Assembly (NCBI RefSeq): GCF_001194135.2 | Contig: NC_068996.1 | Span: forward strand, 3,563,825 to 3,607,893 | Length of the DNA stretch: 44,069 nucleotides | DNA from: Octopus bimaculoides | Lineage: Eukaryota | Reading direction: 5' to 3' | In this document: positions 36,246 to 44,069 of the stretch, one piece after another | How the letters are laid out: each line of letters opens with the position of its first letter | Position numbering within the stretch: the first letter of the stretch is position 1 | Notes under the pieces: model-generated | Told to the model about the DNA's origin: nothing | The model's database searches: none | What the model saw: only the letters and a program-made list of their open reading frames with translations | Position numbers and translations under genes: made by a program

Positions 36246-37172
36246 GTATTCGTCTGTATTTTTTTTTTGTTGATAGATTTATCTCCGGGCATAGTGCATT
36301 TTTTTTGTGGCGTTTTAAACTTATGAATGGTTCACTCCGTCTGTGTTTGTTCACAAAATGAAAATAAATAAAGAAGAAAAAAAACAGAGTTTTGTTTTTG
36401 CTTCGTTTGTGATACGTGTTTTCGTATGCGTGAGTGTGTCCTGTGAATTTCATGTAGTTGTGTAAACATTAAGATGCATGTGTAGTTCTATGGGTCCCAA
36501 AACGTATATATCATTGTGTAGATATTCGAGTGTATGCGTAATTATTCAATATATGTACTTACTATTTTGTTCCATTTCTTTTTTATATAGTTTGTAAACT
36601 TTCCGGTGTTGGTTTTGCGCGTGTGATCTCACGTGTTTCATTGAGACATCGTACATAGGAGAACCTGTGCTTTGTATGGCAGTAAAATTTCATTTTTTTA
36701 AAATTATCTTCGTTAAAAGACCGCTTCCTTCAAATCTTCCACTGGTTCTTTTGCCTAATTCCATCGATGTTATTGGATTAGATATGTTTTTGTATAGGGA
36801 GCCCGGTGTAGCACATCCATGTTGTTATTCAGATTATTATTAGTAGTAGTATTATGTTATTTTAGACCCGACGACTGACTATATTTTGAATAGATTTAAT
36901 TATAGATCGATTTGATTCTCAATAGAATTAATAATCGAATTGGTCTTATTAGCTATCTATTTGTAAATATAGCTACGAAACGTGGGTAGTCATTCTTATA
37001 CCATTTACTAGTTATTTTTTATGCACTTTATTGTATTTTAGAAAAAGGTGTTTATGATATATTTATTTTCTGGAGGGTATGATTTATATTCTTCGTTACT
37101 GAATTATTCAATAGTGATTTTATCTTTATACATACATACATACATACTCTCGTCTCCCCCGCCTTCACCTTC

Positions 37173-37241
37173 CCCACCTCCCAACTACAACCTCCCAACT
37201 CCCACCTCCCAACTACAACCTCCCAACTCCCACCTCCCAAC
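37173..37241. repeat. 14-bp x5 minisatellite with alternating 28-bp higher-order unit
   Basis: CCCACCTCCCAACT and ACAACCTCCCAACT alternate. Confidence 0.9.
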
Positions 37242-37819
37242 ACTCACATCATACAACACATCACTTCACAACACACCACCACGCACACACTAGCACTGAC
37301 TAACTCCCTTCTCCCTTCCCCACTTTTTCACACCTACATACACACATACATACGTTAAGATCAGCAACATTCTCTTTCTCTCACACACACACACAGCTTC
37401 TCGTATTTGGGTTCACCACTTCTTTCCACTTTGTTATCTCCCCTTTTCTTAGCTCTCCTGTGTGAAATTTCTGTCCGGCAGTCACCATGATAGATCGCTG
37501 ACCACTACATTTATATTTTTTTCACCTTGTTTTTCTCCTTATTTCTTTTACAAACCCAGTGAACAAACATATATTTTCTATTTCAAAGAAATTCAAACAA
37601 TACATATTACACACAAGTTAAAAAGATTCCCAACAATTAAACTTCTCTGGTTGACATTACTTCACCTATCACCAATAGGGGCCTTAACTCCCACATTTTT
37701 CAGCTCCATGAGCTCCATTTTTCAGGAGCAAAATTCTTTTAGGGTCCATGTAGTGTCTTAAGCCAAAAAAACTTTTAACTTCCTGCATAGTTCGAGCCCA
37801 CAGCAATATCATATCTCCT

Positions 37820-37950
37820 CCACTATTTCAGTATTACGTGTCAAAAGTGAAACAATAACATCACTCTACTGTAATGTCAGATACTTTCACTCTAACACTG
37901 AAACTATTCCACTATTTCAGTATTACCTGTCAAAAGTGAAACAATAACAT
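37820..37950 (+). repeat. 42-bp direct repeat, period 89, adjoining gap 37958-38931
   Basis: CCACTATTTCAGTATTAC(G/C)TGTCAAAAGTGAAACAATAACAT at 37820 and 37909. Confidence 0.85.
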
Positions 37951-39093
37951 GTCGCTANNNNNNNNNNNNNNNNNNNNNNNNNNNNNNNNNNNNNNNNNNN
38001 NNNNNNNNNNNNNNNNNNNNNNNNNNNNNNNNNNNNNNNNNNNNNNNNNNNNNNNNNNNNNNNNNNNNNNNNNNNNNNNNNNNNNNNNNNNNNNNNNNNN
38101 NNNNNNNNNNNNNNNNNNNNNNNNNNNNNNNNNNNNNNNNNNNNNNNNNNNNNNNNNNNNNNNNNNNNNNNNNNNNNNNNNNNNNNNNNNNNNNNNNNNN
38201 NNNNNNNNNNNNNNNNNNNNNNNNNNNNNNNNNNNNNNNNNNNNNNNNNNNNNNNNNNNNNNNNNNNNNNNNNNNNNNNNNNNNNNNNNNNNNNNNNNNN
38301 NNNNNNNNNNNNNNNNNNNNNNNNNNNNNNNNNNNNNNNNNNNNNNNNNNNNNNNNNNNNNNNNNNNNNNNNNNNNNNNNNNNNNNNNNNNNNNNNNNNN
38401 NNNNNNNNNNNNNNNNNNNNNNNNNNNNNNNNNNNNNNNNNNNNNNNNNNNNNNNNNNNNNNNNNNNNNNNNNNNNNNNNNNNNNNNNNNNNNNNNNNNN
38501 NNNNNNNNNNNNNNNNNNNNNNNNNNNNNNNNNNNNNNNNNNNNNNNNNNNNNNNNNNNNNNNNNNNNNNNNNNNNNNNNNNNNNNNNNNNNNNNNNNNN
38601 NNNNNNNNNNNNNNNNNNNNNNNNNNNNNNNNNNNNNNNNNNNNNNNNNNNNNNNNNNNNNNNNNNNNNNNNNNNNNNNNNNNNNNNNNNNNNNNNNNNN
38701 NNNNNNNNNNNNNNNNNNNNNNNNNNNNNNNNNNNNNNNNNNNNNNNNNNNNNNNNNNNNNNNNNNNNNNNNNNNNNNNNNNNNNNNNNNNNNNNNNNNN
38801 NNNNNNNNNNNNNNNNNNNNNNNNNNNNNNNNNNNNNNNNNNNNNNNNNNNNNNNNNNNNNNNNNNNNNNNNNNNNNNNNNNNNNNNNNNNNNNNNNNNN
38901 NNNNNNNNNNNNNNNNNNNNNNNNNNNNNNNTATATATTGCTGCTTTTAAATAAAGTATATATATATATATATATATAAATGACTTGTAGGAACACGGTA
39001 TATCGTTATGGAACCATAATATACTACGTTGAATATTAAGCGCTTTTATATAGGTCATTGCTGTCTTCTACTATGTCAGCAGTGCTCTTATAT

Positions 39094-39925
39094 CACTTGT
39101 TAAAGTTATCTCGACAGAGTTTCTATGGAAATTATTGTCTCCACTGATTTTGTTAAGACATTTCGTATCCGATAGGCCTAATGTATACAATAACAACATG
39201 GCAGAAGTTGGAAAATGAGTAATTAGCATACATGACATATATCAACATTTTTTGCTCCTTTGTCCGAACCATTAATCATCTACGAACATATAGCTTAAAC
39301 AATCATTAAATACTGCGGTGTAACGTTATTGGATATAGCAATTTTACATATAAAACGCATTCTTGGAAGCTGGTACGTCCATATTAATTACGTACCAGAA
39401 ACGTTAGCACACCGGGCGAAATTCTTAGCGGTATTTCGTCCGTCTTTACGTTCTGAGTTCAAATTCCGCCGAGGTCAACTTTGCTGTTCATTCTTTTGGG
39501 GTCGATAAATTAAGTCCCAGTTGCGTACTGGGGTCGATCTAATCGATTGGCCCCTCCCCCAAAATTTCAGGTCTTGTGCCTAGAAAAGGAAACCATATTA
39601 ATGACTTGGGTGTCACTACAAGACATTAATATTGACGTACCAGCTTCCAAGAATGTGTTTAATATGTAAAATTGGTCTATCCAATAATGTTACACCGCTG
39701 TATCTAGTGGCTATTTGAGCAATATGTTTGTGGATGATTAAGGGATTAGATGGGCGTAGATGAAGGGGCAAAAACTCCCAAAATATGACATATGCGCTCA
39801 TTACGCATTTTTTTCATCTTCGATCTCATTGTTTACACCCTACGTCTCAGATACGAAACGGCGTAACAAAATATGTGCTGGCTATAATTTCTATGGAAAA
39901 TCTGTAGAAATAACCTTTAAAAGTG
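39094..39925. mobile_element. Foldback/MITE-like inverted repeat (arms 39094-39388 and 39625-39925) with a SINE in the spacer
   Basis: The reverse complement of the right arm aligns by eye across ~295 bp, e.g. GCGGTGTAAC.TTATTGGATA and ATTCTTGGAAGCTGGTACGTC.ATATTAAT. Confidence 0.75.
39396..39592 (+). mobile_element. SINE family A, slightly 5'-clipped
   Basis: CAGAAACGTTAGCACACCGGGCG..GAGTTCAAATTCCGCCGAGGTCAAC..GGGGTCGATAAATTAAGT..CTGGGGTCGATCTAATCGA..AAAATTTCAGGTCTTGTGCC. Confidence 0.9.
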
Positions 39926-39990
39926 TACACACATATGCACACACGCGCACGCACGCAATCACACACACACACACACACACACAATATTAT

Positions 39991-40391
39991 TCTTTTACTC
40001 TTTTACTCTTTTACTTGTTTCAGTCATTTGACTGCGGCCATGCTGGAGCACCGCGTTTAGTCAAACAAATCGACCCCAGGACTTATTCTTTGTAAGCCTA
40101 GTACTTATTCTATCGGTTTTTTTGCCGAACCGCTAAGTTACGGGGACGTAAACACACCAGCATCGGTTGTCAAGCGATGGAGGGGGGACAAACACAGACA
40201 CACATACATATACATATATATATATATATATATACGACGGGCTTCTTTCAGTTTCCGCCTACCAAATCCACTCACAAGGCATTGGTCGGCCTGAGGCTAT
40301 AGTAGAAGACACTTGCCCAAGGTGCCACGCAGTGGGACTGAACCTGGAACCATGTGGTTGGCAAGCAAGCTACTTACCACACAGCCACTCC
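39991..40391 (-). mobile_element. tRNA-derived composite SINE, family C (CORE-like body, internal microsatellite, (AAAAGAGT)n tail)
   Basis: Minus strand: GGAGTGGCTGTGTGGTAAG..GGTTCAGTCCCAC (A/B boxes), CCTTGGGCAAGTG (CORE-like), internal (TA)/(TG), and a 3' part ending GCATGGCCGCAGTCAAATGACTGAAACAAGTAAAAGAG. Confidence 0.85.
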
Positions 40392-40959
40392 TCCATTATA
40401 TTATATTATATTAAAAATATCAATACTCAAATAGAAAACTAATATGAAAGAAGCACAAGGAACAGAAACACTAAATGTTTAGTCATTCTCAAGAAAGTCA
40501 CAAACTACATATGGTATAATGAGCTGCCTCTGGTGACATTTCCGACAAACTAGATTCAATCTGTCTCAGATGTCTTGCACTTTAGCTGACTGAGTATGCC
40601 AGTTGATCCCGAATAAAACGATGCCAATAGTAAGTACTATTCTGATATTTGAAGCGAAGAAAACCCCTTAATATCAAAAATGCCGAACGATATCTACAGC
40701 AACAGCACCCTTTTCCATTAACCAATTTTTACCGGATTGAAAGGATTTGGGCAGTATTTCACCAGCCCCACAAATGCTGTTTTTTCCTCTTCCTTATGTT
40801 ACTGTGTCGTTGAAATCAATGTTGTAAACGTTTGTTTTGTTATGTGTTGGTGCTTTCTACCGTTACATTCACTCTTCCGCCTGAACGTCCTCCGCTAAAG
40901 CTCGCCGGAAATATATTTTAGCACGGGTACTCATTTGTAAATTTCATTTAATATACGCC

Positions 40960-41213
40960 TCTCTGTCTCCCTCCCTCTCTGTCTCTGTCTCTGTCTCTCT
41001 CTCTGTCTGTCTCTCTCTCTCTCTCTACCTCTGTGTATCTCTCTCTCCCTCTCCTCTCTCTGTCTCTCTCTCTTTGTATCTCTCTCTCCCTCTCCTCTCT
41101 CTTTCTCTCTCTCTCTTTTCCCTCTTTCTCTCTCTTCCCCCTCTCTCTCTCTCTGTATGTGTTTGTTTGTGTGTGTGTTTATGTGTGTTAGAAATGATTA
41201 ACAACCATAAAGA

Positions 41214-41285
<72 letters not shown>
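40960..41285. repeat. (CT)n-rich tract and (GTA)n microsatellite (41216-41285)
   Basis: Seen directly. Confidence 0.9.
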
Positions 41286-41286
<1 letters not shown>

Positions 41287-41799
41287 ATTTGTTATTTTCG
41301 ACGTTCTTTTCCTTGTTTTGCCCAAAGTTAGCACTGATCAAGCAGACTAAAGGCATTTCAACCGTTGACATCCGGATATATTTCGCCCAAACATCGTATA
41401 TTTAAGATTATGTTGTCCAATGCGTCATTTTCTTTTTCTGTTTTTTGCTGTTTTTTTTTTTAATACAGTAGAACATGATCAGAGAAATATGTGATTTCTA
41501 TTTTTCAGAATTAAATTAATTACATGGAAGGTGTCTGTTTGTCGAGTGTTAAGTTTCCATAGAAGCATGATACTTGTAAACCTGAGCGAAGCAATTTGTA
41601 CAAATTTATTATTTGTATCTTGTACTTTCGAACATAACAATCATCGATACCTCTTTTCATCAACAAATCACTTTTCATTCATTTGATTGAGAAATTAGTC
41701 ACACACGGAGATTCATTTAATCGACTTCGCACATCCCTCGACCCGTACATGTGTAAACGGTGAAGTTGCAAAATAGGACAATGCCGGAATTATATTTCA

Positions 41800-41925
41800 T
41801 TCTGATTCTTTATGCTCTGTGTTCATAACCAGCCTGGGTCAAGGCAACATTCCCTCTCAGTCTCATATAGACAAAATATAAAGTAGCAGGGGAGTGATTT
41901 AGTAGAATATACTCCTTCTTCCCCA
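41800..41925 (+). mobile_element. Probable ancient SINE family A relic
   Basis: TTCTTTATGCTCTGTGTTCATAACC..GGGTCAA..AAAATATAAAGTAGCAG weakly matches TCTTTACGTTCTGAGTTCAAAT..GGTCAA..TAAGTACCAG. Confidence 0.4.
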
Positions 41926-42295
41926 TCAGACATAATGGATTCATGTCAATGTTAAAAAACATTATTAAATAACAAATAAGGGTTAGTCAAGTTTAACAAA
42001 CTTATTGGGTTTGATATCAAGCGATTACTGGCTTTACATTTCAAATAGCTGTCTCTGTCTGGTGTCAATAAGGCAGTCACTGCTCAATTAGGTTCAATCG
42101 CAGCTGGAAACCATAACATTGGTGCATACATAAGTACACACACAGGCATACAACTCACGAACCATTTGCTACCATGCTAACAAACGAAATGCTGCAAACA
42201 CACATACACACACATATTTATACAGAGACGGATATAGGTACACACAGGCACACGTACAAGCATACATACGTATAAACAGACATATAGACATATGC

Positions 42296-42341
<46 letters not shown>

Positions 42342-42425
42342 GTGTGTGTGTGTGCACGTGTGTGTATATATATATATGCATATGTATATGTGTGTGTATA
42401 TATATGTATGTGTGTGTGTGTGTAT
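42296..42425. repeat. (TG)n/(TA)n tract; 12-bp x3 ACACATACAGGT nearby at ~42580-42620
   Basis: Seen directly. Confidence 0.9.
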
Positions 42426-42629
42426 GTATGCTTATACATACAGAAAATTTAAAGGAAATTAGTATATTTATATTTGTGCTGTCTCTTCAATAGAATCTTT
42501 TATAGTAGTACTCTCTCATTGCCTTTCTCTGTCAGTCTCTGTCTCCATCTTTCTTGTATTCTCTTTAACTTAGTTCCCACACATACAGGTACACATACAG
42601 GTACACATACAGGTACACATTACATACAA

Positions 42630-42900
42630 GCACTTTATCATTAACAATGGCTAGAGAACTAGCGCCTACAACAGGGGCGAGAGTGGCCATCCTTGATGGG
42701 CAGAACGTGCGATGGTAAACGATTTCGATGGGTGGTCATTTATTTTAACCACCGAACTTCTTTTTCCGCGATCCAATATCTGAAAAACGGCTGCTGCTAG
42801 GGCAGCCTCCAAATATTGGTGATAGACCCAATCAAAGAATATATTTGTGCCTGAAATGGACTTATAGATAATATATTGTAGAAGATCTATGATCAATATT
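42630..42900 (-). mobile_element. Tx1/L1-like LINE RT fragment (motifs 3-4)
   Basis: FDWVYHQYLEAALAAA (cf. FDRVDHQYL)..RSSVVKINDHPSKSFTIARSAHQGWPLSPLL*AL.L*PLL (cf. RSVRQGCPLSPLLY.LALEPLL). Confidence 0.75.
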
Positions 42901-43219
42901 GGCTAACTATCAACTAAAAAGAATAACAGAGATAGCAACAAAAACAATTGCCACAAAAATATAATTGGTTCGGAAGAGGTTCGGTTATGTTTCTACTTTG
43001 TGTTCAAGTTCTATCCAAGTTCACTTGACACATATTCTCTCTAATAAATAATGAAAATAATAATAATTATTATTATTATTATTGGATCCAATATAAGCTA
43101 CAATTCCACAAAAGTTGTTCTGGCATCGATTCTGTCCAATTTCTGGAATTGATATAAGAAATACATATGCGCACCATACGTACTAAATAATAAAATATGT
43201 AATGGTATCGATGTAATCA

Positions 43220-43400
43220 ACTATGCCTCTATTAAATCGGATACGCTGATTGGAAATGATGCGTTAGTGAACAAATTAGTGAAAGGTGAACAAGTGTGGT
43301 CGCTATTTGTGACAGAAGATTTTCTGAAGCTCGTCTCATTAATGGAGCTACATTTTGGGTTAAGCGGAGACCGAGAAAAGGCGTTTGGCACCTGGAGTAT
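43220..43400 (+). mobile_element. Tx1/L1-like LINE post-RT fragment
   Basis: GEQVWSLFV..FLKLVSLMEL is similar to the 7920-8020 segment. Confidence 0.45.
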
Positions 43401-43714
43401 CACAGCCTCAGCGCATATCACCCTAATATTTTTGCTTCCAGACGTATACACACCATCATCAGTGTTTCTGGGACTTGAACGGTACTGCAACCTAACATCT
43501 CATCTCCTCTTAAGATGTCCATCCTTCTTCGTACTAGGAAGGCCATTAATTCTATGTTGGTCCTCCTCCTAGCTCAAAGTTTTGTGTTTGTGTGGTTGAT
43601 TGTTGCCGTTGTGGCTAAGGGTTCTTTTCGTGGTTTGTTGCTTTTATGGTAGTTTTTGATATGTGCATTTTGTTGTTGAGAATGATGTTTTATTGTTTTA
43701 TTATATATATGTAT

Positions 43715-44069
43715 TTTCACTGTTGTTGTTGTTGTTGTTGTTGTTGTTATTATCATTATTATTATTATTATTATTCAGTAGTTTTATTTTTATAACGTGC
43801 TTTCACTTCACTACCGAGCGCAGCTCTGTGCGCCTTGGGTATGTGCTGTGGTTTGCTGTGGTGCTCTTATGTTTACTGTATTGAAAGTGTTTTGCGTAGA
43901 ATGTGTGCAGTACCCAGTAGTGCAATTTTCTGTATGTTATATATATTTGTAAGTCCTGCTATTTTTGTTATGTATTTGTCTGAATATTTTTTTATTATAC
44001 CTAAGGCACCTACTATGATAGGAATTGTTTCTGTTTTTAGATTCCACATTCGAGTTATCTCTATTTCCA
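43715..44069 (-). mobile_element. R4/Dong-like LINE 3' end with (TAA)n(CAA)n tail; continues off the window end
   Basis: Near-identical by eye to 28725-29010 (e.g. TATTGAAAG.GTTTTGCGTAGAATGTGTGCAGT.CCCAGTAGTGCAATTTTCTG). Confidence 0.9.

Overview
This is AT-rich, repeat-dominated eukaryotic (animal) DNA with 11 N-gaps totalling about 3.5 kb. The SINE repertoire and microsatellite density resemble a coleoid cephalopod, probably Octopus (inference). I found no host protein-coding exon, tRNA or rRNA gene, or CRISPR array that I can support; most listed ORFs are microsatellite or gap artefacts. The window is a layered transposon graveyard. It holds about 7 R4/Dong-like RLE LINE pieces, several with (TAA)n tails and one near full length. 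It also holds RTE and Tx1/L1-like RT relics, 3 Penelope-like (GIY-YIG) coding relics, 2 Helitron PIF1-helicase fragments, 2 mariners, 1 rosa-like Tc1/mariner and 3 tRNA-derived SINE families. The most interesting signals are: (i) two minimal type-I hammerhead-ribozyme-like motifs at 645-690 and 24336-24373, the second with a non-canonical CUGUUGA core that recurs at 6225; (ii) a LINE whose 3' part is inverted and bracketed by a ~140-bp inverted duplication (20062-21420); (iii) a ~300-bp-arm foldback with a SINE in its centre (39094-39925); and (iv) an in-frame 63-codon tandem duplication at the 5' end of the near full-length R4 element. All protein assignments come from motif recognition by eye, not from database searches.
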